A stretch of 64,000 nucleotides of DNA from assembly GCA_012295275.1 (NCBI GenBank), contig CM022666.1:12028001-12092000 (forward strand). Direction: 5' to 3'. The translations under genes and the position numbers were made by a program. Source of the stretch: Chrysomallon squamiferum. Its lineage: Eukaryota; Animalia; Mollusca. A model generated the notes under the pieces. The model saw only the letters and a program-made list of their open reading frames with translations. It had not been told where the DNA came from and did not search any database. Positions within the stretch are counted from its first letter, which is position 1. Every line of letters starts with the position of its first letter. This document shows, one piece after another, positions 39,869 to 52,732 of this stretch.

Positions 39869-42800
39869 TATTACTTTGTTTCTAATAAACACTGTTATTT
39901 GTTAGTCAGTTGATATTCACAATTTCAATAAATCCTTTGTTGTTACATTGTAGGAATAATTAGTAAAATAGTTGTTTTTTGTTTTCAGGGAGGTTTGTTG
40001 TATGGTCATTATGGCAGACAGTCTGATCTACTTGAACTGAAGCATCATGGGATTAACATCAAAAGACATTTGTTGTTACTCAGACTTGGTGAAATCTCTG
40101 TCAGTCAGAAGGTTTGTTTTAAATTGTGATGTTTTGTTTTAATTATGCTTTACACATCATTCTTGTTTTATTTATTTCTGCATGATTTGGTAAATATTTT
40201 TTTGTTTTCATGTAAGTTATTTTTTTTTTTTTTAGTTTCCATTGTATAAAGGCAGATTCAAAATCTTTGTTAAATACAAACTCTTAATATGAACAATAGA
40301 TAAAAAGTATGAATAATATAAAAAGTTAAAAATTAAAATATTAAAAAATGTAATAAATCTTGCATTCAGCATGTATGCATATATAACAAATTTACATATC
40401 CTATATTTTAAGGTTGCTATAGCAACACAAGCAGGAGCAAGTGGAGTGTTGTTATACTGGGATCCAGTAGATGGCAGCACTGAAATGCCTCACAACAGTT
40501 CACAGATACCTTACGCCTCTGCACGCCCAGGTAAACAGCTGTAAATCACTTTGTTTATTACTTTTCACCTGGGGACACACTGTCATAGTATAAACCTTTT
40601 TAAATAAAATGATTTTATTATAACAGTTAAAAAAAATCTGTCATTAAATAATGGCACACAGGTAGATTTAAGTCTTTTATGGTTCAGATGATTTAAAGTG
40701 CAAAATAAAAAAATATATATAGAAAGTTCAACAAGTGCAGTGAGGTTTTTTGAAAATACAGAGTTTTTCTTTTTATTATTATCATTTTAATAAAATTAAC
40801 AGTTCTGTAAACTCTGTTTCAGGTTAATCCAGATTTGTGTAACTTGTATACATTTTAAAGTTATAATCTGTTCAGTTTTTATTAATATCAAAACATGTAT
40901 GTGTGTTTTTTAAGAGGACACAAAATGAGATTTTGGTCTATAGTTTAATAATTGCTTAATGCTGAATATTATTTTATATTTTTTAACTATCTTTCTCTTG
41001 CTTTATTTTCTCATAATTAAAGAAAATGGAAACGATCTGCACAAAATACCTGTTCAGACTGTTTCAGCCAGGATAGCATCCTGGCTTTTTGAAAACATGG
41101 AAGGTGACACAGCCCCCCAACCCTGGGTTGGTGGGCTCAATGTCATCTATGTGCTTGGTGTTTCTAATAACAGTATGTATATTCAAAGATTTTAATAGTA
41201 AATTGTATTCATTAACATTAAATTTATTGTATTTAATATTTAATACGTATTATACAAGACAGGTTTAAAATTAATAATTATAACATGTAATTCATAATTG
41301 TTTATTAATCATGAAACTGAATCAGATACCAGACTATTTACCTGTCAAGCTTAGTGACCAAGATTTCTGCTTTTCTGGTTTTCTTGAACAAGGCTTAACC
41401 TACTTGAAAGAATAAACAATGAAAAGTAATGAACAAAACTGTATATAACAGATTCACATTAATACATTTCTAAAGCCAGTTTTTTGGATAAAATGGTCTG
41501 GTACTTGTGTAATAAAGGGTTTGGTAATGTTAAATGATTTTAAAATGTCATTTATGTGCATTTTGATACAACTTCTGAGACTTTTTTTTTTAGAGATGAC
41601 ATAAAATGTTTGTCTGTTTACAGAAACAAAAACTTTCAAACTAACTTCATACAACCAACAGAAAGATCAGGTTATAAGAAATGTCATTGGCAGTATCCAT
41701 GGTTACACAGAACCAGGTAAAGTTATTTTTATTTACTTCTTTATTATAATTATCTTTTAGAAAACAGTGTCTGCCATGATGGAATTTTCATTTTTCATCA
41801 ACACAGTTTAAGTTTGATGGTTCAGAAATCTGAAGACTAGGTTTTATCCCAACTTACTTGTAATAACCAAGGTAACCAAGGTACCTGACAAATATAGCAA
41901 GAAAAAATGATTGCACCTGTGCCAAATATTTAGCTTTTTATTCAAAATCTACTACCCCACCTCTGTATGGTACAATTCAAAGTTTTGTTTCCCAGCCAGA
42001 TAACAACCTTTTTTTTTCTTTCCAAAATATATCATCCTCAGTACAGGTGTCAGAGAAAGAAAGTAATAAATGGTGGCCCAGTAGTTAGTGTAAGAAAAAG
42101 AGAGAATAATATGAGTAGAAGAAAGAAAGAATAAAGACAGTATCATGTAGATAGATGGTGGCCCAGTAGATAGATGGTGGCCCAGTGTAGTTAAGAATAA
42201 AGTCAGGGTGGCCCAGTAGTTAGAGTGTAGGGCTAAGAAGTTGTGTTTTGTAGGATCAGTTCTATTCACTGCAAACACTTCATTGTTTGTCATGTCATCA
42301 TTGCTACTGGTTTATCAAATGTCACAGTATTTGTTTTCCTGTTTATGGAAGGTTCATACGAGATGGTAATCTTAATGTAGTCTCTGTTTGACCATTGTAC
42401 AAGAAAATATCATTATACAAAACCACTTGTTAAAAAGAATTAAAATATTGGTAAGCAAATACTGACTTTGAAATGACATTGATTTATTGTGTGTTAGAAT
42501 ATGTCTTTTAAATCAGAGGTAAATTAAAAATAAGGAAACAAAATAATTTTAGAACTGAGGGCTGTAATAAAACATGCATTCTTTCTTTTTAGAACACTAT
42601 GTTATGATTGGAGCACCTAGGTCTGGGTTTCCTGGGACATCCAGTGATGCTGTTCTGGGGACGGCCATGTTGTTACAGCTCGCACGCAGTTTGGAGTACG
42701 TCCAAACGCTGGAGAAGTGGAAACCACAGAGAGGAATCAAGCTGGTTTCCTGGGGAGGACATGAGTTTTCACAAGCAGGGAAAACAGAATATATTAAGGT

Positions 42801-45545
42801 ATAGTATATGTATAGTATGTTTGTTTAATTTTAAATAAACAGGAATAGTAGAGTTTAATAAAATTATAATGTAGAATATATTATTACAGAATATATTGTA
42901 TTATAGTAAATACAGTTTTAATTATAATGCATAACATATAATATTATAGAATATATATATATTATAATAATTAGATTATATTTTTAATCAAAATGAAATT
43001 TATCTTTTTTTTTGAAATGATAAAAAAATTATCATCATTTTTAATTTTGTTATTATTATTATTAGTGGTAGTGGTGGCAGTGTTGGTGGCAGTAGTAGTA
43101 CAGTATTTATTTATTTAATTTTTCAATCAGGCCAATTCTCACCTCCTTGAAAGAAGAGCTATTTCCTACTTTGACCTGAGCCAGATGACAGTAGGAAATC
43201 ATTCTGTGACAGCAGTTACTTCCCCTGCTTTTTACAATCTCATCAGAGAGGCAGCAGCTAAAGTGAGTCATGTTTCTGACTTGATAGTTGTAAGATCAAT
43301 CCTCTTTAAAGCAGCCTTTACTGGACTTTATCCTTACTATTATATGTTTTAATTACTTTATTTGTAACCACCAGCATTTAGTTTTAATGCAATATTTGTA
43401 ATGACCTGTATTTAGTTTTAATTAATATATATATCCTTAAACACCTGTTAAACTCATTATGATCATTAGAATGTAACATTTGTACCACACCTAGTTAACT
43501 TAAAGTGTTAAAAAGATTTAATTATTTATCAGTAATTAACTCTGCAAAGGTACAATACTTTTTCATTAATTAATATTTTATATTAAAATTAAGCTATACG
43601 TAGGCATTAAGAAATTTGTTAATTATTTTATTTTCTAAAAATATCTGTTATATTAAATAGAGTTGAATAATAAATGTTGTTATGAATTTGTTATGTAGGT
43701 GCCTGATCCTACAAAGACTGAAGAAACAGTAGCAGGTTCATGGTCATCATTATCTAACATAAAGAAGAAATCACCAATAAACACATTCCAACAAGATGTA
43801 CAACAAAACCCATTTCTGCACACTTTAGGAGTTCCAGAAATAAAAATCCAGTATTCAGGTCCACACAAGGTATGAATAAATTTAACCTTGTGCTATATAT
43901 CTTTCTTTTTCTGGGGGTTTTTTTTTGTTATTCTTTTTGTTTCTTGATTTACATTTTTGTAATTTGAATCATGTATATTAACTTTATTTTCACACTATGT
44001 TTTATATATGAAAACTATAACTAGGAAAATTACAAAATGCATTAGGCTGTTCTTTTGTACTGATGCTGTTAATCTGATTATGATTCAGAAACCATTACCT
44101 GCACATCCATGGCTTTGATCCTGCTGAATGTTAATCATTGGTTTTTCATAAGTATAGGTATTTTGTAAACACCTGAATTCTGATAGTTGAATTCATCATG
44201 TGTTACTATAATGTATTAAAAAAATATTTATCTTTCATTTGTTATTTTCAAAAGGAAGTAAATATCTTAAATTCTTGTCTCTTTCCCAGGCTACAGGTTC
44301 TAGCGTAATGTACATGGCTTCTCTAGATGCACATCACCACTTCAAATATCACATAGCCATCACCAGAGTTATCACCCTTGCTGCTCTCCAGCTGGTGGAT
44401 GCCATTGTTTTACCAATATCTGTCAGTGACTACGCCGATGATATTAGCTTGGTGATGTGGCAAACATCAGGAGAGCTGAAGCACTGCTCAACACATATGG
44501 AAGACTTGGGTAATTCAGATTTTGTTTATGAATAATAAAAACTAAATTTTCAACCTTTTCAACATTACTAATATTTAATAAAATTCTTTTACTGCAAAAT
44601 TTTCCCTATAAATGGAACATCTAATGCCAAGGCATATTTATTTCATTTAGTTGGTTTTAGTCTCTGTGGGTAATACAAAAATAATAATATTTGCTAAAAA
44701 TGGTGTTGTGTCAGTAATAAGAATATGTTGTTTGTCAGACAAGATTCTTGATGTTTGTTTTTCTCTTTGTTTATTTTGTTTAATTTTTGTTTATGCAGAT
44801 GTTGAAGTGGCTGCTGCTAAAGACTTGATGAGGACTGCCACGGCCTTCAGGGATTTTATTACAATCTACAAAAAAAATGCTGAACCTCTGGGCATCCATT
44901 CATCAAATGAAGCTAAAATAATGTTTGAGAGAATATTCATTTCATCTTCTGATCATAAAAGGTAAAGTGCAGTGTGTGTGTGTATTTCTCTTATTTTGCA
45001 TAATACTGATCTTAAAGATTTTTGTTTAATGTAGAACTTTTTAAATCTCACTAAAGATAATAAAAACTATAAATATGCTCAACTTAGACAGAGCCTGTAT
45101 ATTTCATATGTTTTTACCATTATAACTAAATGTACAGCATTGTTTCATTAGATTAAAAATGTTATTAAAAAATGATGTTTATCATTAAAGATGTAATTTT
45201 GAATAAATATATAACAGTAAATTAATAAAACCTAATCAAGTTTTTATATTAAAACTGAAATTTTTATTTTTTTCAATTCTTTTTTTTTTTAAATAATCTT
45301 AAGTGTAACTGCAGTAAATTCTTTAAAACTCTTAAATAAAAAAATTTTACTGACAATTTATTCTACATTTATATTTCAGACAACATTTATTGTATCCCCA
45401 GTTATTTGATGGAAGTGTTAAGAGACTGACTGAACTGTGTAAGATATCAAAGTTTACTAACAACTGGGACACAGTTCACAGTTATATCACATCTCTGAGG
45501 ACTGCCTTAAAAGAAGCAACAAGGTGCTTGAGAATAAATGAATAA
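24674..45545 (+). CDS. Type II membrane M28B-family protein (glutamate carboxypeptidase II/NAALADase/transferrin-receptor-like), predicted catalytically inactive, about 736 aa. Exons: 24674-25023, 39050-39368, 39989-40111, 40413-40530, 41023-41172, 41624-41716, 42593-42798, 43131-43262, 43699-43869, 44290-44509, 44799-44961, 45380-45545
   Basis: GT-AG introns, total 2211 nt in one frame. N-terminal TM helix (FWSIFLVMLIAGVLFFVGFFLGYFL); PA domain (PYVAFSSAGTAEGGLLYGHYGR, AGASGVLLYWDP, IPVQTVS, WVGGLNVIYVLG); peptidase domain (IRNVIGSIHGYTEPEHYVMIGA, WKPQRGIKLVSW); TfR-dimerisation domain (FKYH..., IVLP....DYA, FERIFI). Exact orthologue not assignable by eye. Confidence 0.88.
32150..32782. repeat. 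61-bp minisatellite (GTATGATTTAACCAGACTGTCAGTAAGTTATTACTATTACTGTGTGTACATTACACAGTGT) in intron 1 of the M28B gene, degraded on the left
   Basis: Clean 61-nt period at 32641-32782; scrambled copies from about 32150. Confidence 0.9.
42070..42232. repeat. Four copies of GGTGGCCCAGTRG with irregular spacing
   Basis: Copies near 42072, 42157, 42176 and 42207. Confidence 0.7.
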
Positions 45546-45790
45546 ACATGTTATTCACAAATCAGATGAATAGCCAAGCTACTGTTATTTGTGAAGCAAA
45601 CGAATAAACAAAGCCACAGTATTTATTCATGAAACAAATGAATAAAGAAATCCAATATGTTATTCATGAAAGAAATGAAATAACCGAACCAGTTTTATTC
45701 ATGAAATGAATAAAGACACTATATGTTATTCATGATGCTAACATATAATTCAGAGCTGTAGCAGTTATTCAGAAAGCAGATTAATAAACA
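45538..45790 (+). repeat. Tandem array of about 7 short inverted-repeat units (ATGAATAA-variable loop-TTATTCAT) starting at the stop codon of the M28B gene
   Basis: Alternating ATGAATAA and its reverse complement TTATTCAT with ~35-nt period; loops differ between units. Confidence 0.8.
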
Positions 45791-47796
45791 GTATGTTTTA
45801 GTTGATGAATAGTTTGCATCATAGGTTCTAGATCTTAATTTTCACTTCTGATGTGTAAAAAGATTCTGGAGTACTGGAGATGAAGTGATAATAACTTCCA
45901 CTTGTGTTTTGTGACACTGAGAAATTTGTAAATGGCTACAAATGTGCAATGTGCAATAGAAACAAACACTTTCAGCAGCTCTTTTTTGTTATATTTCCAA
46001 ATGTGTCTTTTTTCAAATGTCATGTTTGAAGATGATGTGAAGAACATCTTGTAATAATAAATTGCAAACCCTTGAATGATTATTATCTGATGATGATATG
46101 AAATAACAGCAAGATGACAACCTAATGATAAGAAGACTATTGATGATGCTCGTCAGAGGACAGTTTAATGATTCAGTGATATGAAGATGGCCTACACAAG
46201 ATTGAAAAAATAAATGTTATGATCTGATTTTGTGAAAGTGATCTATTAATGATGGTTATGTTATTTGACATGATAATGTAAAAGTGATTTAAACATGATG
46301 AACAATTGACATAATACTACAAGGTGTTATATACATTACATAAACCTCAACCACTTTTAACATAAGTTAGTAAGTGTATTAATGGTGTTAGTATTTAAGT
46401 TATATGATAACAAATGGCCCGGTAAAATTAAGAAAATTAATGGTTGCTTTTTTAAAATGTTTGCAATTTTCAAATAGCTGTGTGAAATAGGAAATGTGCA
46501 TATGTATAAGTTTGTCCCTGCATAGTTATTTTTTCTCTTTTTTTCTCTTTTTTAATTATTTTTTTAAATTTAATATAGAAATAAACTCCAAGATGGTGAA
46601 AAAGAAAAATCTCTCAAAAGCTTTACTGACATAAATTTGTATTAAAATAATAAATTATTTTCATATTATGAAATCCAAATGTTAATTGTTAGGGGTACTG
46701 TACATTGTTAAATTGTTAAATCCTGCCATTTTATAAATCTAGTAATTATTAATATTATTTGGTTATTTGTTGAACACTTTGATTGTGTTATTGTTTACTA
46801 ATGCATTTTTTTTTCTTTCTTCCAAGTAAAGTAAATCCAAAATATAAAGAAGAATTTACAATTAGAAAAATGTTATCCACAATGTGTACCAAAGTGATTG
46901 TCATATTTTATTACTGATAAAGGTTGATACTGATAATTTTTAACTACCTATATATTTTGTATGTAGTATATTTCAGCTAATTGTTTACACATTAAGATAC
47001 ATGTTAACAAAACAAATTATATAATGAAATATTAATGTGATGGTATCGTAATATGTAGTCCTTTGTTGAAAATAAACTACAAGGACATTTAATTTTAATG
47101 TTTATTTTCAGCATTTACTTATTTTGGGATAAAAATAAATAAAACAAATAATTTCTGTTTAAGCAGGCATAAATAAATAAAACTAAAGCATAATAAAAGC
47201 TGATCATTCAAATAGTTTCCTGATATTAATTTTCAATTCTACATTTTTCTAAAATTGTGTATTAAGTTTATTGCTGAATATTTCATTGATACAAGCTGGA
47301 ATGCATCTAAGGGGGGTATATAAAAATCCAAAACCTTTTTTCCATATATTTTAAAGATCTCCATGTTTTTGCTTTTTGTACATATGTATATTGTAGATAT
47401 ATGTTAATTGATTTCACTGATTTGACTGACTGTCTGAAATTGAAATGAACAACGCATGAAATCCAGTCAGTTTTCTTACAGTATTTATTTTTGTACACGT
47501 ATTTAAAATATTCATGAATGTATATTTTATAAAGTAAATTTTATACAAAAAGCAGTCAAAACCAAATAAAAAAATAAAAAAATGCTAATCAACATTGAAA
47601 AAATAAAAACAGAAATATTTAATATTGTCCATACTTTCTGTTATGAATTTGTTCCTGAAAACGTTTTAATGCAAGATTGTAGATGATTGACATGTCAACA
47701 GTAGCAGACCAATTCTTTCTATCACTTATCTTTCATTTCACCCAGCATTTCATAACTTTGTTATCAAATAACAAATATATATGTTTATAAAATAGG

Positions 47797-47844
47797 GTGT
47801 GTGTTTGTGTGTGTGTGTGTGTGTCTGTGTCTGTGTGTGTGTGT

Positions 47845-47876
<32 letters not shown>

Positions 47877-47878
47877 CT
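47797..47878. repeat. (GT)n microsatellite, imperfect
   Basis: Direct reading. Confidence 0.9.
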
Positions 47879-49931
47879 GCATATGTGTATATGTGATTCA
47901 TTTATTTTTGTACATATTCAGCTTCGAAAATTTCATAAGAACATTATTTATTAAAATGGTGTTTATCAAAATTAATGGTATAAATGCCAACAGTTTGAAA
48001 ATTATGCACTTAAAAATATTTAAGTTTTTTTATTTTCATGTTTTCATTTGTTATGCTAATTTAGTTAAAACTAACATTCAGATATATACCAATTTTTATA
48101 TTTTATACAGAATTGAAAAAGTGAGGGGATACATCTGTTCTTCCAAATGATAATCACTTTATAAACTTACATAACTGTTTTTATGTAACATGACTTCTTC
48201 CACTGTTTCCCATTACAGCCAGTTTGAAGTTTTTGTCAAACATCATTGCAAGTGTCAACTGTTTGTGGCTGAGCGTATGTAAAAGATTAGATATTAAAGT
48301 TCAGTTGCCCAGTGCAAGGTGCTCTTATTTTCTGAATGTTCATGGTGTATGACATGTATAAATAAATGTACATCACAATTGTTGTTTTCTTTGTTCCTAT
48401 ATAGAATATTTTGAAGACAAAAAATGTCCACATGCTAAATAATGTGCTTATTAAAGTTATGCATTGGTTTACTTGTGTAGATATGTAAACAGAGTAACGA
48501 ATATACACAGAAGTCTGATACTTCTCAGCTCTTATCTGTGAATGGTTTCATCACATTTTTTCATTAATATATATACAGAAAGATACCCTGCAAAAATCTG
48601 TATGTATTAACTGTAATCATAAATATTTTCTTTAAGAAATGAAATGATTATATATTTAGCTGAAACAATTTTGTATTAAATTATTCTATTTTCATAAAAT
48701 TAATCCTGATTTACTTACATGATATAAATTTTTGTAATTATTTGAATGTAATTTTTATCTGTATTCTTCATTATAAATTCATCAGTATATCATTATAATT
48801 ATCAAATTAACGTGTAATTTCTAGTCATTTAAAAATAATAATAATAAAAATGTTTTCTTTTTCCTCATTTTTTCTTTTTTTCTTTTACTACATCCAGTTG
48901 TACCATAATTATTATAAATTTGTACAAATAAAAAGATATGATAAAAAAATGGTCGTTTCAGTTTCTTATTTGAGTCTACTTCAGTTCAGGTCCTTTGGTA
49001 TGGTACATCGGTTTTTTAGGAGGAAAATCAACAAGAACCAACAGAAAATGTGTTTATTTATATACATAATACAGCTTTAAAGTAGCATTTCAATGGGTTC
49101 ATCACAATTAATACAAATATGTGATGAGCTGGTTACATGATTTATATGAGTTGGACTGTACCCCATTCTCAATATTTTCTCTTTTATTTCTACAAAAGCT
49201 GTTCTTTCTTTGTGCTTACATTTATTACGCCTTGGTATAAACGGCTTTGTTTAAAAATTGTGGTGTATACTTTGTTACAAGTGATACTGAACATTATTCT
49301 TTTAATCTGTATTTATCAAGGGCAGACACAGCAGGCCACTGTTATAAATGAAATAAACACACACACACACACATCACTGGCCCGAAAATATTAACATGTA
49401 CAGTGTTCTTGATTTTTATTTATGCTGATTTTCATTAATAAGATTATCATTTCTGATTAATAAAGTCCTTGTTCAGTAAGGAGTTTGTAATTAGTGAATA
49501 AAAATATTGACGTCTTGCTGGTCTTACATTTAATTGCCTGTGAATGATAACATGAACACGTCTAAAAGCTGGGAAACGGTAGTTTTTGTAGATACATGCA
49601 GTCTCCTTTCTTGAAGTCAGAAGAAACGATCAGTAAATAAAGGGAAGATGAATTTCATGTAGATATATTAAGAAAAAAACTTTCAACAATTTGTTTCCTA
49701 CTGAATATTCCTATCTATTTTCATTGTAATTAATAACTATTATTAAGAATGCATCATATTTCACGGATGTCAAAAAATCATTGCACCATGTAATCTTCAC
49801 TGTTTCAACAACAAAAACAACAACAAGAAAAAAGCGAAATAAAAAATGATTCTGCACCGATACTCAAGCGAAAGACATAAATATATCTTCACACATCGTT
49901 AGATTTTAACATTTCAAACTAATATGCAGAA

Positions 49932-49955
49932 TGACGTCACAAACAATTAACGTCA
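49932..49955 (+). promoter_or_regulatory. Full CRE (TGACGTCA, 49932-49939) plus half site (CGTCA) just upstream of the kinase gene
   Basis: Perfect palindrome about 80 nt before the ATG at 50018; a second perfect CRE lies in the intron at 50761-50768. Confidence 0.55.
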
Positions 49956-50017
49956 TTGTCCTTTTTTCTCACTTTTCAAATGGCTGTCGTAGCAGAAACA
50001 AATAAATCACCGAAGAC

Positions 50018-50858
50018 ATGACACGTCCACGAAAACGAAAAATGGAGGCACTCATCGGTGGAGATAACTGCAAGGCACACGAAAGTTGCTCGAGCGCGAA
50101 ACAAATTAAACAGACGTCACCGAAATCCGTGCAAAATGTGTGCGTGCAATCCGATGCAGCATCTGGAGATTCCTCCACTACCGATATGTGCCACCAGCAC
50201 GTGACAATACTTAAAAATCTGGATAGTGAAGACGAAAGACCGGTAGTTCACATCCAGTGCTGCGACTTAGGTGATGTCTGGACCCAACAGTATCCGATCC
50301 CTTTAAGCAGCTACCCAAATCATGACATAAAAACAGGTAAGTTTATACGTCACAAATTGGCAAATGGCGATTACGTTTACAACAGAAATTTACGCCCTGT
50401 ATATAGATCTTACAAATAATAATAAATTGTTGGTCATCCAATACATTAGTGCAATAACAAAACAAAAACAAACAAACAAACAAAAAAAAATAAAAAAAAA
50501 TATATGTATAAATTAATTCTTTATTTGATAACAGTGACATTTATTTAAAATAGAAATGTCGGTTTACTTTTGTAACCGCAACTGTGGTGCATTTCCTTAC
50601 TCGTCCCATATCTGTGTGGTACATAAATATATTTGATGGGCCTATACAAGAATTTTGGCTGAATAAGGAAATAAAAGTGCAAAATTATGCACTTCAGAAA
50701 CAGGAATTTCCTAAGATAAATAAATAAATACAAAAATTAAAAAATGTTTCCTTAAAATCGTGACGTCACATAAAAAAACTGACGACGAATATTTGTTTAC
50801 TGTAGGAAAAATATGCGGTCATATCCATAGGAAAAAAATAAAATAAAATAAAATTAAA

Positions 50859-50906
<48 letters not shown>

Positions 50907-51322
50907 TAATAATATCGTCAACTTTGAAATGCCCACAACTATTTAAAAATGTTTTCTGTCCTGGGCCCTAGGGAATAGTAATAGTTAAAATAAATAAATA
51001 AATAAATAAATAAAACGGCCTCTTTCAATAAAAACGCACAACACAGATACAAAAAATATATTTTTAAGATTATGTATGATTCATTTGATTGACGCAAAAG
51101 TGTTTTTGTTTCCACTGTCGCGTCAAATTTGTTAGACATAAGTAATTGTGACAAAAGTATAAAAAAAATATTATTTAAAATTTAATTAAAACGTTTTAAA
51201 ATTTTAATTAATTTTTAAACATTTTTAAAAATAGTCAAGAAGCATTAATTATTACTGATTATTATAGATTAGATTCTGTGTTGTTGTTTCTTTTTGAATT
51301 TGGTTTTGTTATTTTTTTCCCT

Positions 51323-51394
<72 letters not shown>

Positions 51395-52567
51395 TTTTTT
51401 TAAATTATTATTGTTTTCATTGTTTGCTTGGTTTTCGAGATGGTGTGTTTGTGAGTTTTTTTATAGGTTTCTTTTTGGGGAGGTTGTATTAGATATTATT
51501 ATAATCATTTTATCTGTTTAATTCTTTTTATTACTATTATTTATTTTACAGTATTTATTTATCATATTCTTCCATGTCTTACTATTATCCATTAACTTAC
51601 GTTTCTTATAGGAAATGCCTATTATGACGCCATCATTCCAGAGTTACATTTGATAGGCTACAAACCACTGCAGGTGATAGCCAAAGGGCGTTCAGGTACT
51701 ATCATCATGGCGCAGGATCTAAGTCCGGAGAAGATGGGCGCGGAGAGTGAATATCGCGCTGTCGCGATAAAACTCAACTCTGGAAAAAAACGCAAGCACC
51801 GATGCAACAAAGCAGATATCACCGACGAAATGCTAATACACCAGACGCTTGTCCACCCGAACATTGTGCGGATGTTCTGTACCTTGTCGTATCAGGGCCG
51901 CGGCGGCCTCGTTCTGGAATTCTGTGAGAACGGTAACTTGGAGATGCTACTCAAGTCGCAGGATGCACGGTTTTTGACAGAACCTATCTGCAGGAAGTAT
52001 TTCATTCAGATACTAAACGCATTAGAATATGTTCATTTATCGGGCTATGCCCATAGGGACATATGTACCTCGAATATATTAGTGTCGAATGAAAATACGC
52101 TGAAATTGACAGACTTTGGCCATGCCATCAAATTTTCCGCAGGTGATAAACTCTGCGAAGATTCTTGTGGAACTTTAGGTTACCAGTCACCGGAAATCGT
52201 CTGCAAAGCACCTTACAACCCAAAACTGGCCGATATGTGGTCACTGGGAGCTGTTCTATACACAATGGCCGTCGGAAAACTTCCTTTCGGAAGGTTAAAA
52301 ACCGAAGAAATGGCCAAGAGTATCAAGAGATTAAGCTGTCCAGACCCACACATTATGATTCTGACGAACGAAATCAAAGAACTGATGGATGGACTGCTTG
52401 CGTACATCCCCGAGTCACGATACAGCCTCAATCGCTGCAGGAACTGCGACTGGACATCCATGAAGCAAAATCGTGTCCAGATAGGCAACTTTTATCTTGT
52501 CCGACAACCACAAAAAATATTTGAGGGGGACAGAGAGAAAGATATTAAACGAAGTTTTGAAATTTAA
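50018..52567 (+). CDS. Testis-specific serine/threonine kinase (TSSK)-like CAMK-group kinase, about 424 aa. Exons 50018-50336 and 51612-52567
   Basis: Donor CAG|GTAAGT at 50336/7 and acceptor TTTCTTATAG at 51611 join in phase 1. Kinase motifs AVAIK, HPNIV, LVLEFCENGNL, HRD, LTDFG, CGT..Y.SPE, PYNPKLADMWSLG (TSSK-like), G.LPF. Kinase domain certain; subfamily and exon 1 less so. Confidence 0.85.
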
Positions 52568-52699
52568 TCTCAGTTAAAAACAGCATAATGTAAATGTTTA
52601 ATCAGGGCTGTTGCAGTTCATCTTTCGAAAGAATTGATTTTACAATTATTTAAATACTATTTAATTTATTATTAGTTTTCTTCGTATATTCGGAAATAA

Positions 52700-52732
<33 letters not shown>

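Noticed and set aside
41591-41596. Stronger-looking acceptor TTTTTTTTTTAG upstream of exon 41624
   Set aside because: Gives an immediate stop or the wrong frame; the acceptor at 41623 yields the conserved IRNVIG motif.
45538-46200. Canonical iron-responsive elements in the TfR-like 3'UTR
   Set aside because: No CAGUGN loop on a 5-bp stem with bulged C; CAGTGA near 46173 lacks a pairing stem. The CAGTG sites at about 24519 and 24632 in the 5' leader also fail.
50337-50419. Stand-alone 133-aa ORF 50018-50419
   Set aside because: Better explained as kinase exon 1 reading into the intron past a consensus CAG|GTAAGT donor that joins in phase.
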